Assembly: GCA_002633005.1 (NCBI GenBank)
Contig: NMRA01000043.1
Coordinates: forward strand, 832,481-896,480
Reading direction: 5' to 3'
Source: Phoronis australis
Taxonomy: Eukaryota; Animalia; Phoronida
DNA: 64,000 bases
Both the position numbers and the translations under genes were made by a program. Under the pieces are notes generated by a model. That model made no database searches, was not told the origin of the DNA, and worked only from the letters and a program-made list of their open reading frames with translations. This document shows, one piece after another, positions 1 through 12,869 of this stretch (the stretch's first letter is position 1; each line of letters opens with the position of its first letter).

Positions 1-252
1 TCTACATAGGAGTCAGGTTACATCCATGATTCTATTATGGCCATAAACTGATATAATTAAGTCTACAATCAATTCAAAGTTCTGACATCTTCACCACCCA
101 AAGAACACGTCCATAGTTGCGAAAAACCTTCCTGGAGATCATGCGCACTACAGAGCAGTCATAGGCAAAGCAAATATGTCCGGAGTACTGTTACGCAAAA
201 ACATTAAGTTCACACAGTAGGTGAGACAACATAGACAATGGGTGGCATGAAA

Positions 253-406
253 GTCACTAGGTGGCGCTAGCGAGACAACGGTCCTATCTGCACAAAAGCA
301 TACAATAGTATTTATCCTCAGCCCACGACACCCCCATGACTTATTTTCTGCTCTCATATTCAGGTGTTAAAAGGGAACCTTTATACATTAGCGCCACCTG
401 GTGACC
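253..406. promoter_or_regulatory. Convergent pair of CTCF-like motifs
   Basis: GTCACTAGGTGGCGCTAG (+, 253-270) and GGTCACCAGGTGGCGCTA (-, 389-406); both close to the CTCF core consensus CCASYAGRKGGCRS. Confidence 0.45.
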
Positions 407-895
407 ATTGCTTCGCTCATTCATATTCTGACTTAGTATCATCCTGTCATCATTACTTTGCCCAATGGTTTCTTTACATATTTACTAACACTTGCACTCT
501 TTTGCATTCAGTCACATCCATTTACGAAAACGTCAGAAATTGCTATCTCCATTGTCAAAAATTACAATTTGCTGTGACAGTAAAACATATTCTGGCATCA
601 TTTCTAATCTGAGTTGGAACGAAATCAGACAACTTTACGCCCCATCTTCCTGAGGGCAATTGGTCTAAGCGCAAACCTGCAGACAAGGTAAAAATAATTA
701 CCAACTGGGATAAAAGAAAAGTTGGAGTTTGACAGATTTGACACTGTTTTAGCAGCCTATATTGCCTTACATATGACTTCCACAGCTGTACATAACAACT
801 CCTGGAAAACAAGTATCCAAAGTGAAGGTGTGAAGATTTACCAAAGATAAAGCCACTTTACAAACAACGAGATTGGTAGCAAAAGAAAGTATTAC

Positions 896-955
896 CTGTC
901 TATAAAAAGGTGCTCTGCGCTTGGACAAAAATACGGTTTCACAGATCAAAGCCAT
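896..955 (-). CDS. Candidate alternative first coding exon (MALICETVFLSKRRAPFYRQ)
   Basis: agcATGG start, CAG|gtaata phase-0 donor, Cys5 followed by a basic patch. Confidence 0.33.
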
Positions 956-1555
956 GCTGCAATCGGTATGACAGCTAAATCAGCTGTTCATATGATGCTA
1001 CACAATGATTACCAAGCAAATTAACAAAATTGATTTATCTCACTCAGATAAATATAGACAAAGCCACGGCAAAACCAGAAAAATGACATTTTTAAATGCA
1101 CTATGGTGTTTAAGTAAATAGGTATGTAAGAGGCTGCTTGCACACAATGTAAACATGATTAATACGACCAAGTAAAGTCCCCAGCAAATTCCTAGAACAT
1201 AATCAATAAAAAAACAATCACGAATGCAGACTCCCTGAATCGATTCGAATTTCTCCGATGTTCAGATGCAAAACACAGTCAGCAACTACAAATTTTAATA
1301 ATTCAACTTGTAAACAGAATAGACCGTAAAAGACATTCAAACTTTTGAAGGACCTTTTTTACTAACTTTTATACTTTTCATTCAAACATAGACATGTCAA
1401 AGTTTTGGGGATTGTTGCCAGTGTGAAATGTTAACTTCAAACTTGGATTTTGAAGTCGTAAGTTATCTTCACAGTAAATAGCAGTTCTTAACAGTGGTGG
1501 ATCGACAGTTCAACTCAGTGTGAAAGATTAACTTCAGTATCAACAGAGCTATTGA

Positions 1556-3328
1556 TATGGGCGGCATTTTATACAAAAAACATCAATTGTACACTTCAAT
1601 TCCAACTGCACAACAACGCAATCTCATCTTGCGCATTCAATGCTATTACATCAATTCAATCCACACTCGTGGATTCCATATTGTGAATTCAATGCTGTTT
1701 AGTGTATTCTAACCTGTTTTGTGAATTCAATGCTTTTAAATCGATTCTATTTTGTCTATCGCATCACATCCGTGTTTGTTGTGAATTCAATCCCTTTTCA
1801 TGAATTCAATCCACTTTCGTTGATCCCGTTTCATCAATCTTAGTGTCGTATGGGCGAAAATAATAACTTTGTGTATTCTAACCTGTCGTGAATTCAACCC
1901 TATTTTGTTGATTATGTTTCGTCAATCCAAGCGGTCTATGAACGAAACCAATGTGTTGCATGTGCTGTCAAATATCATTGGTCCTTTGACCGATGCAGTT
2001 GACCAGCTGCAAAATGTCAATAACCAGCCTAATACACAATCCCCGACCCAGCAGATTCTGGCCGCTACTTCGGCACTGAGGGACTCTACGACGGAAAACT
2101 TAGCGTCAACTTTTCTTTTTTTAATTTATTATGAAATATTCAGTACAAAAAATATACGTACCCAGAAAGCGCCAAGAGGCATTGTTTCTGGGTTAAATAC
2201 ATACAAATAAATCTAATTATTATACACAAATACACAAAGACATATGATTATGAATGTAAATAAATCATTTTCATACACAATAAGTTATTTTACATGTATA
2301 CAATTTTATTGACTCACAAAGAGATTTAATATTAAAAAGAAATTTTGATACTACTTCAAATAAGAGCTTATTTTCACTTGGGTCGAGTTCTTTACATCCA
2401 TTAGAAAAAACTAATTTTGTTAAACACTTGAGGACCATCTGAATATTTTTTGTAAACATTGGGGTATTGTTCGAGTGTCTGGAAAAGCTGTACCCTCTGC
2501 TCCCCGCACATCGCACAAGTAAAGAAAACAACTGATGCGAAATCCACTAGTGCCTCCGGCTCCACCGTTGTTTCAGGCACCGCATGTGCACCTGGCAACA
2601 TGATAAGCACTTGTGTGTTTCCAGTTCCATTAGTGATCTTGTTCGTGTTAAAGTTTTGTCAAACCAGTTTAAAAAAACACTCACAAGTAGATCACAGGCA
2701 AGAAATGTCATAAACCAGACGGGAAGTTTCTGCCTATAAAAAGGGATTTACTCCGAGGTGTCTTCATTAAATTAACGTATATCTGACAGCCTCCGCCTAT
2801 TCACTAATACACATTATTCGTGCGTGACAAGGGTAAAACTGCATCTTCTATCCCTGAAACATCCAACATTCTCTGAAGCAACTGTACAGGAAACCATCAT
2901 CGAACTGTTGTGTTTCTCAAAGATGTGGTCTAAAAGTTTCTATTTCGAGAGTAAATAGTCTTGTCGTCGACATCTCCAGCTGGTGGTTATCGCCTAAGAG
3001 CATAATGTCCTTTCTCATGCGCATGCGCACATGTGAGATATTAGTTGTGTCATTAGGCTGCCAGGATTGACGAAACAGAATCGACGAAACAGGATTGAAT
3101 TCACAACACGATAGGATAGACAGAACAGAATCAATTAAACAGCATTGAATTTAGTAAACAGGATAGAAAAAACAAAACAACATTGAGTTCAGAATGTTGA
3201 ATCCACCAGTGTGGATTGAATTGATGTAATAGCATTGAATACACAAGATAGGATTGAATTGTCGAATCCAGTTCATTAAATGGATTTGAATATACAATTT
3301 GGTGTTTTTGCAGAAATGGCCCTACATA
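1556..3328 (+). mobile_element. Degenerate non-autonomous DNA transposon with long imperfect TIRs, IS3EU-like
   Basis: About 250-300 bp inverted arms (ATTCAATGCTATTACATCAATTCAATCCACACT near 1635, reverse complement near 3210-3240), TATG...CATA termini, broken internal ORF remnants. TSD not preserved. Confidence 0.6.
2111..2470 (-). mobile_element. 3' fragment of a CR1/L2-group LINE nested in the TIR element
   Basis: Peptide LVFSNGCKELDPSENKLLFEVVSKFL resembles the ORF2 C-terminus of this group. It is followed by an AT-rich 3' UTR, AATAAA and an A-rich tail at about 2111-2131. Confidence 0.6.
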
Positions 3329-3414
3329 TTTCAGCCGCACTCAACAACAGCATATGTTAAGTTATTATTTGCAATTATTTTACTCAAATATTTACCATTC
3401 TATTACTTTAAGTA

Positions 3415-4861
3415 CCGTATTCGCACTAATAAGCATCCAGGGCGCTTAGAAAAATTCGCTTCAGGAAGGAGGGCGCTTATTATAGCCCAAAAGTGGTTGA
3501 AACCCGCTCTCCAAAACAGGTGAAATTGTAAGCAAGAATTCATCAAATTTACACTCTGTGATGCATCTGTAACCTATGACAGAATTTCTACAAAATTACA
3601 GTGCGTTGTTATCAAACTTTATTCAGAAAATCCCAGTGTGAAAACTCGCGAACTGATGCATTGCTGCTTCGCGTCGCCAATAGGTCAACTTAAATTCTTG
3701 AGTAAAAATATAGTTTCGACTCAACAAATTACCTGAAGTCCTCCTAAAGTTTTCAAAATAGCATCCCTAAGATTTTTAAATTCCTGTGGAGTTGGGATTA
3801 ACTGCAGATTTAAGTCTAAATCTGCGCTAGATTGTACTCCGCAAAACAAGAAAAATCTCTGGACGAACACACATGATGTCACGTGATGTTTGTTTTGAAG
3901 TTCGTCTGTGTATTGTGTGAGAGAGCCAGCACGTGCGTGTCATCAGAGTTCATCTGCCAGAGTAAACACGATGTAACGATCTAGGTGTGCATTGTAACTA
4001 AGGAAATAAACACAAGCAGTAAAGCAGAATGTATTTTATTTAGCACTTGTAGCAAAAAAACGTTCGAGAATTGTTTCGGTAAGGCCGATGTCATTGAGTC
4101 GCCAGGTGACTTGGATGCATGACAGTCTAACAGTTATTCGGGTGGTGTTAGGGTGCGGACGTGATTACTATCGGTGGGTCATTTTGACTTTATAACACCA
4201 ATTACGACTAATTTAATAATGCCCCCTTAAAAATAATGCAAACGTTTATATGGTATTAGAAACTTTCGGAAATAAGTGCCAGTATTTATTTCTTGCCGTT
4301 TCATGAATATATAATTCCCGAAGACTAATCTTCGATGGCCGTCATCTGGCAGATTCTTGAATGTAGCACGCGCTTCCTAGCCACGTGGTTTTAAGTGAAC
4401 AAAGGTCAAATTTTTATTAGTATTCGATTCGCGGTTTTTACGTGTACAAAGAGATTTGGATTCCTGTTGAGGAAGAAGATCTGTACAGGAAAGATACAAT
4501 ACAATCCCGTTGACAAGTACGCTGCGTCTGTTCTGAAAGGCCATACCATAATAGGACACGTCCCTCACAAGATCAGCAAAACTTCAGCGCTCTTTTTGAA
4601 GCATGGCGGAAGTATGAAGTGTATAGTCACTGACATAGCAGCGAGGCTCGTGGTCTACAAATTCCGAGCACAATGATTCTTTCAGAACTGTCGCACCTTA
4701 TTGATCAATTGAAGATGTAACTGTAGAATTTTAGAACTGTAGGTAAGGCATTTTTCGCATGTACACAACGTTCATGAACTGGGTGCTTATTTTAGCTAAC
4801 TAAGTCTGAAAAAGCGTGGGGGCGCTTATAGGGGTATGGTCACTTATTTGGGTGAATACAG
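3415..4861 (+). mobile_element. Non-autonomous Tc1/pogo-like element, copy 1, with frameshifted HIRAN-like ORF (about 4420-4680)
   Basis: TA|CCGTATTCGCACTAATAAG ... CTTATTTGGGTGAATACAG|TA (TIR and TA TSD); peptide SIRGFYVYKEIWIP/NPVDKYAASVLKGHTIIGHVPHKIS..FLKHGGSMKCIVT. Second copy at 13226. Confidence 0.75.
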
Positions 4862-5412
4862 TACCTAATTACTTGGTGAAATATAAGTACCTGACCCGTT
4901 TCATTAATTTATTATAAAAAATTCACAATTTTACATAAACCCAAAAAATACACAGGCATAACATAACTTCAATAATCCACCATCAGACCATCGACTAATG
5001 CGATAACTTCAGTGTCCCTCAACTATTGTAAACCATCTGTAAGGTTCAACTAACTTGACAGTTTACATAGACATTCTTCTTGTACAGGACTTAAAGTGAT
5101 AGGTTGAAAGCTAATTTGTTATTTTTAAGTTTTATTAATAAAGGTTACTTGAGAAACAAGAATTTTTATTATTTCATTCTGTAATATAATTCCGTTTAAA
5201 AAATGTTTCCATTTTCCCTCAAAATTCTGAGACCAAGAAAATGTCAACCTCTGCGGTTAGTCATCAAATCAGAGTGACAAGTTCGTAGGTGGAGTATCTA
5301 CATTGTGATGTACCAAAAGTTCTGGTGTTTCTTATGAATTTCAACCTATTTGTAATTAAATTGGCATGGGCATTTGAAGAATGCCAGTGTTGTGGAAATT
5401 GTGACAACACAC

Positions 5413-5588
5413 CAGGGCTGGAGTGTCTGTCCACATATTGCTCACTGATCTTAGACAGGGCTGGGGTGTCTGTCCACATATTGCTCACTGATCTTAGACA
5501 GGGCTGGGGTGTCTGTCCACATATTGCTCACTGATCTTAGACAGGGCTGGGGTGTCTGTCCACATATTTCTCATTGATCTTAGACAGC
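5413..5588. repeat. Minisatellite, 43-bp unit x4
   Basis: CAGGGCTGGGGTGTCTGTCCACATATTGCTCACTGATCTTAGA repeated. Confidence 0.95.
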
Positions 5589-7662
5589 CTTGGTAGTGGG
5601 ATCGAAGACTGTGAAGTTCAGGAGAAAGTACAAAAAGGGCGATCAAACCATTCTTTTCATTTTGAAGAAATTCTTCACTATTGTCAGGAAGATGCACAAC
5701 AAAAATAAGAAAATATCAAAAATTAGGTGAAGAAATTTGGGTCAGTTGTTTGGATCGCATCAACCATTTTGGACAACAGCAGCATAACTTACGAGTTTAT
5801 AAATTAATTTTAGCAACAGTTGACAGTGAAATTCAGGAAGATTTGTCTTAGCTAACATTCTTTGTGATTCAATACGGTTTTCACCAGAATTTAGTCAGGC
5901 AAATGAAACTTATTGAGTGGTTGAAGTGCTCACAATTGGACTCGTGGTATTTTTGCTATGAAGAAAGGCATGTTCAACCAGCTACTCAGTAACTGGTGAA
6001 AATTTAACTTTTAATACATTTTTGTTGCAATAAAAAGCAAATTTGTACAATTTTCAGTTTTTCTGTGCTAAAGTATAAGGAGCATTCTAATTATGTCACT
6101 ACAATTGTCCATTAAGTTGCCCTTTACACTCTGTTAAAAATATTTTGTCGCCATCGTCGGCCTTGTTATTCAATCGAATGGCACAGGACTGTGACTATTC
6201 TGTAATTTTATGCAAGTGTCTGAAACTATCTTTGTATGTATACAGCATTTATAAAATTGAATCATTTATTCCGATAAAACAACCAGCGACAGCATGCCTT
6301 CGTCTTTTTCTAGTGTTGGTCTCGTTCCACACCGGGTCATCGGCTGCAGGTTCGAGTCTGGCACAATAATTTCTGTCAAAGTTTATTTGCCACATTTTGT
6401 CAATAATTTCAATACAAATTGTCCTTATTTTGGTTTTACTAAAGTTAAGGTCTGCTGTCGATTATTTATCCCCGTTTGCAGGCTGGTAACAAACACTGCT
6501 CCAGTCGCATAGCCGGCGTTCTTGAGCCTGGGTTCCTGAATGAATTATACTTCCAGTATCGCGGTTAGTTCAGAATGCCGGTGTCTTCTCTGGGTCGAAA
6601 TCATGAGTGGCGTTTATTTAAACTTTTGTCGACTATGAATTGTGCATTGGTTATAGGACAGGTACTGCTTGGTTCTTCCAATCATTTAATAAGGGTTGAA
6701 AACATGGGTATCGATCATTTCACCCACAAGACTCCCTTCATCAGTTATCACTACCATGCCAGGAATTACATAAGAAGACTTGTAAAGTTCTACATGCCAT
6801 ACAGCCAGCGTTCGGCCAGGACAGTAACTTTCAGATATAGACCCTCCTACAGTTAGCAAAATAAATACGGTTCTCAGGCACATGCCCATTAAGTGTAAGC
6901 GGAAAAGATTGAGGAAAATGTATTCCGTATGCTAACAAAGCAAGGCCCACAACTTGGCAGCTGGGCAAGTAACTTTTCAGACTAACTGGGCCCCATGGGC
7001 CAGCATATTTATTTGCTGAATTTCCAACACTGCATACAGCTGGACAGTTCTGACACTATGACTATACAAACTTGTACAATAACAATGATGACACTGACAG
7101 CAATAATGACTGTTTGAACACACACTACATATCTGTTCACATACAAAAATTGAAAGAATTCCTCAAAGGTTCTCAAAGCAAATTCCTAATATTTTGCAGG
7201 AAATTCTTGTCTGGATTCTTTCTGCAACCTCACAGCTATGCGGAGGAAAAACAGACCCTCTACCATCTAAACATAAGAGCTAGCTCAGACCACTAAGATT
7301 ACTTTTGCAGAAGTGCTATGCCATCTGCAAAAACACCAACTGACCTCATAGTAAACATTCAGTGGGGTCAACATTCAAGAGAGTCTAGTGAGACAAAGAA
7401 GGTCACTTCCACTGATATTCTAGCACTAAAATAATAAAATAGCTCAGTGGCCCATATTCGCACTGGTAGGGTCATGACCCTGAAATCTTTGTTATATTCA
7501 GCCTTCAAACACCACCCCTGTCTGGGGACAGGAACAGTTTCAAGCACATGCGCAAGACTTTTAGGTAGCGTCATCTCAGATAAGTGAGTCTCACCTCAAC
7601 TATCTACTCTTCAGAGATTACCATTACTGTTACATAATATTATGCATCATTAACTTTTTAAT

Positions 7663-8730
7663 AATGAAAGAGCTCCGAGGAGCGAAACTTGGTGAAATTA
7701 ACCAAAAAGATGACGATAAAGATGATGACGAAGATGACGACGATGGTGGCGAGGATGAACAAAAGAAGTAAGAATATACACATGACGAACGCAGAAGTCC
7801 GAAATCAGTAAGAAAAAGGCTACAGTCTTGAGCGACACTTGGCGAAATTAACAGAAAAAGACGACGGAGATGATGACGAAGATGATGACGAATATGATGA
7901 TGGTGGAAGCGATGATGAACAACATCACAACATTCATATGACGAACTTAGACGTCATAAATCAATAAGAAATAGGCTACAGTCTAGTTCAATAGAAGATA
8001 AACCAACATCAATGCAGCAAGAGCGCTCAACAAAGGAACAGCATTATCAGAAAATCTTAAATAACTCGAAAAGTAGACGTCCTAGCGAAAAATGGAAAAC
8101 ATCTTCTGAAAGCCCGTTCAAAATTCTATCTAAACTGATGGTATCGCCTAATTCCGTAAATTTTTCGAAAAAAATGAAATTTTGCGCTTTTTTAAGAAAT
8201 TTAAAGTCAAATAACTCGAAAACGTTAAGTCTGAGAAAAAATTGTTACAGGCCATTTGAAAGAATATACTTTAAAGAATCCACATGCAAAAATTCACGTC
8301 ATTTTCTACTCCCGTTTAAATGGCACCTAAGTACGACTGAAAATGGGTCAACATGCGCAAGATCTGCCATCTTGAAAGCAACTTCCGGTTTTTTGGGTTG
8401 ATATAATAGCATGTCATAAAAAACTAATATCCGTAANTCCATTCAGCCAAAAGTAGTTCCAGAGGTGGCTTATCAGCCAATTATTCACGCATGCTGACTC
8501 ACAATAGAAGCCTGATAAGAGTGAAGGTGGATAAATGCGGTGTTCCTACAGTTTCTTGTTTTAGTGGATGTGTTCACGACATGCAGTACTTCCGGAACTA
8601 CGTGTTATGTGTAAATTTCGTGATGATCAGACGAAAATTGCGACCTGTATCGTGCGAACAAACAAACAAAAAACAAACTTAGTGGAAGAGCAACATACTT
8701 GGCGAAGTAAAAATGGTTGGCTAATATATT
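7663..8730 (-). mobile_element. Helentron-associated non-autonomous element (HINE/DINE-like), family 2
   Basis: Terminal hairpin GCTCCGAGGAGC next to ACTTGGTGAA, same sub-terminal motif (TACTTGGCGAAG) at the other end, (CAAA)n microsatellite, two GAY-rich units of about 150 bp. Its end is shared with 36560-36640. Confidence 0.5.
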
Positions 8731-9542
8731 AATGACTAGCTCCCAACCATAATGTTTCACGTTACAAACCAATAAATCACTAAATTTATTTATTACATTT
8801 TTCATAGGTCCTTCATACTAATGTCAATACGTCTATGTTTTGGGGAGTTGCAGTCAGCATGAATGCTTAACTTCACACCCCATCCAAGTTAAAGAACCAG
8901 TTTACTTTCATAGTAAATTGATGGGCAGTGTCGTCACTCGTATTTGCTTATATTTTGCTCGAATAATCACTAATCGAATTAGAACTAAGTATTATATAAA
9001 TCAGCAGAAATTAAGTAAATGTTCTCAAATTGTCACATAAAAAATCTTAGCGCACACGCGATGAACCAGCGCTACCTTGCAAATTCTACGATGACAGCGT
9101 CACCTACCGTTTACTTCGATGCCATTAGCAACCAAAGCTGCTCATACCAAAGTCAAGTTAGTATGAAAGGGCCTTATAAGAGGTAGATGTTTCCACTCCA
9201 TCAGTTCAAATTGAGCATGATTGTTCAACCATGATGATGCCTGCAAAAATAGTAGCACTGTTCCCATCTCACGGAGAACACATCATTCAACCGAGAATGT
9301 AGAGGTAAAACCAGTTAGACCACTATTATCAAACATCAAATGGTAATTCAAAATGACTACCCAGACGAAAACAAAGTTGGGGAATTTTGTGAAAAGTTTT
9401 CAAGAAAAGACTCTCCAGATTGTTGTACATACCTGCGAACAGAGGCAAATCTCTAAGATACAAGCACTCTGGCCAAGTCAACTGCCAGCAAGCGTTCTTC
9501 AACCTTTAAATTTCCCCACTACTCTGGCTCACTAACACATAC

Positions 9543-9617
9543 CTTTTCCAACAGCACTGCAGTGATAGCCCCAATCATTGACCAGCTGAGGAATGTCCAG
9601 AGACAATCTCTGTCCAT
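9543..9617 (-). CDS. Candidate alternative first coding exon (MDRDCLWTFLSWSMIGAITAVLLEK)
   Basis: gcaATGG start, AAG|gtatgt phase-0 donor, 19-residue uncharged stretch. Confidence 0.35.
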
Positions 9618-9779
9618 TGCAATTAGTCCAATCAGCGAGAAGAAAATAGACAGCCACTTTACTCACATTTCTAATTGGATCACACAATGCCTCCTAAAAT
9701 TTTGGACATCATGAGCAGCCACATGGCACAAGCCCTGTTGCACATCAAGAAGTATTGCAAACAAGATGATAAAAGAGCA

Positions 9780-10350
9780 CCTGAGACGAATATACCACTA
9801 TTAAAGACCTTGAGTTGTGCAAGAAGTAAATGATACATTCAGATGTAATTGTCTGACATTTCCACCACATAGCTGGAATATGTGTTTATTCTGGATACAT
9901 AGCTGACAAAGAGAAGCCCCACCACATTACAAGTGGTGTGTTCCAGAGGTGGTATGTGAGAGGCAACAGTGGACTTGAAAAACTTCACTATTGTTTCGGA
10001 CATGATACAGGAGGAACTTGACAGTTCCAAGGTGTAGACAATATCAGGGCACTTAATGAAAACTTTCAAAGCAAGCAAGCAAGCTAACATTACTCTCTCA
10101 GTACTGACTATGTAGGCTTGGTGTTCCTTGTGTGCATGGACAACAGCAGGATTCCAAAGGACATCTTGTACGAACTATGGGAACAATCAATGACGGTGGA
10201 ACTAGTGGACAGGTGCCCTAGAAATCCCACATTGATGAAGCATCACACTAGACCACCAGCTTGACAGAGCTACATCACACAACAGCCTCACCTGTTTACC
10301 TGAAGGTTGAGAAACAACACCAGATGGCGCAGAGGTTTGAAAAAGTAGTC
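9780..10350 (+). mobile_element. Highly decayed RTE-clade LINE ORF 3' remnant
   Basis: MDNSRIPKDILYEL at about 10135-10177 matches the RTE motif RMxxxRIPKxxLYGEL; many stops and frameshifts around it. Confidence 0.55.
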
Positions 10351-11199
10351 AGTGGCAGACAAATCGCTGCTTTCAGTTCTCAATACCAGGAAAAAATTTT
10401 AAAATTCTGTAACATAAGTCACCACTGAATGAGTGATTCTTTCCATCTATATAGTTATTATAGTTACTGTACATAGTTATAAATAGTATAACAATACAAT
10501 CTTAGTTATAATATGCCCCATTCCTGTTCATTCTTTGTCAAATACAACTGTATTGTAGTAATATTAATATTCTAGAAACAAAAAATATCTATACTTAGGA
10601 AATGACATTTGGATTCTTTGACTTTGACAGCCTTCCTCTAAGTCAACTATGTAAAAGTGTAGTATCCCAATTTCTAAGCTGTGCACTTCTGACAAAAATA
10701 GATACTATCCCCTCCTGTTTAACCAGCTGATAGTACTAGACATACTACCCATTCCGTGACTTGAAATCACCTCTATGTAGCTGAAGTATACACAGACAAA
10801 GCAACTTGAGAGGACTCATTAATTAGGACCAATGTACATCTCATCTCAGACAGCAACTATCACTGGCTTTAATTGGGGATAATGTACACAACATGACATG
10901 ACACTGTACAGTTTAATACAGCTGGTTTGATAGCCATCTATTGGCAGAGAGATAAACTATTGAACAGGCAGTGAAGGCATTAAGCAACAGGCCACACTCA
11001 CTATTTACAGCAAAAATGTTTTGATATCTGTTGTTACACTACTACAAATGTCGTTCCAATGCACAGTGGCTTGCTATACCGTGATAGCAAAAACAACACT
11101 AGCTGGTTTATTGTTCATCCATGTCGGCTGGTTTATTGTTCATCCATGTCGGACTTTCTTAACAAGTGTGTGCATTTAGTGGAATATCAGCAGAATTGT

Positions 11200-11720
11200 A
11201 AACTTTAACTCAGTAAAAGTAAATATTTTCTGAAAGTAGAAAGCCTCTAGAATTTGATTTTTGTTTTACCAATTTGCCATGGATAGGGTCACATGACCTT
11301 GTGCTGAGGTCTCGCAAAAAAGAAAGGTTCATTCATAATACATTCACTGGTATCAATAACAAAACCAAATTTTGTTTGACATAATTTCGTAGATGTTCAA
11401 GATAAAATCTCAAAGGGGCAGTTAATAGTTTTCTAATACTTCATCTTGTTTCGTTTTATGCAACTTTTATTTTTTTCGTAAAGTTCATATTTTTGATAGC
11501 TACTCATCCAAAAGTAGAATGTTTTGTAAGCAATTCCCAACAGCAATTTTGAGTACAGTGCTTAACGCATATCTGAAAGTTTCATCTTAATCCAAACAGC
11601 CATTTCTGAGATATAGACAAATTTGGACATTTTTCATAACCTCGCGCAACCAAACTAAAGTCACATTGACAATAGATTTTCTACTTCCGTGAAAAAGTTG
11701 AATTCTGGAAGTGGCTATTG
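11200..11720 (+). repeat. Old interspersed repeat, also at about 54880-55310
   Basis: Shared blocks TTTTCTGRAAGTAGAAAGCC, GATAGCT..CAT..AAAA, CAATTCC and CAGCCATTTCTGAGATAT in the same order. Confidence 0.6.
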
Positions 11721-12869
11721 AATCTTGCTTGAAATTCCAAGATATTTAATGCCATTGAGAATAACCTCACAAGATGCATGCTTGTCTGGGAGACTTTTAA
11801 TGAACTTCCATTAAGTTGATATGCCTGTCATCTATTGGAATCATTAGACACTACGGTAATAAGTAAACTGCATTACAAATGTGTGCAATCAAGCCAACCT
11901 TTACCAAGATCAGTATCTGTGAACTTTATAGCTGACATTTACTAAGCTCACTGAATCACTAAAACAGCATGCAACTACTCAAGTATCTCATGATTGATAA
12001 AAAATGTTAAATGAGAATCTGATGGATCAATTTAGTTGAGCCAGAAAATGACCCCCCGTCAACTAGTAAACTGCGTTTTTGTGAAGGAAATTAGGTGAGA
12101 AAAATGGAAATTGATACTAACAAGCCGAAATTTTTCCCCATATGCGTTTTTTATGCAAATTAGTAGTGCCCCTTTTACAGTTTTTTTGTTATTTTAGCAA
12201 TTAGAAAATCTCCCTGACACTTTCACATCATTTAAAAAATAAGTCTATGCCTATGTTTTGAGGGTCAAGCATGACCACAAAATTATTTTCAAAGTAACCC
12301 TTTGTTCCTGTAGAAAAATAACCTGAACACTAGCAGTAATTCTTTTCACACAAATAACATAAGGTGAACAGAACCCAATAAGAACAATAAACAGGGAAAT
12401 TATTTTTTTAGTCATCATTTCACGAAACACAAAAACAGTCAATGCCCTTCAGATGAAGCAACGAGTGAGGACTGTGGAGACACCTGTTGTCAGCAGGTGA
12501 TTTTTGGCTCTATAAACTTACATCTTTCTAATCCCTTACATCACCTTCTGTGAAACTTTCATTAACACAACTGGCGATTTGTCCCTTTCGTCCACATCTC
12601 AAACATCCGTGATCATGTGATCAATCACTGAGTTGGTAGTACAGGGCCATATAATCACTGAATCTACCACTCCTATTCTCTCATCCACTTCTGACTGCAG
12701 GCACCAGTATGTCAGCATTTCACCACCATGCTTGTATGAGGAAACAGTGATTTTTTCATTGAATGTATGGCTCTTGCGCATACAGGTATGTGTAGAGTTG
12801 AACAAAGTCATTGCTAGCTTTACTACCACATTGCGCAACACCTTTGCACAATAATGGACAAAGACTCTG

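Noticed and set aside
5385-7032. Possible hAT element (CAGTGTTG..CCAACACTG); also CACTGTAA..TTACAGT at 14691-15187
   Set aside because: One end looks transposon-like but no matching TSD was found, so boundaries cannot be supported.
8012-8401. 129-aa plus-strand ORF
   Set aside because: Lies within a HINE-like repeat; compositionally biased with no domain motif.
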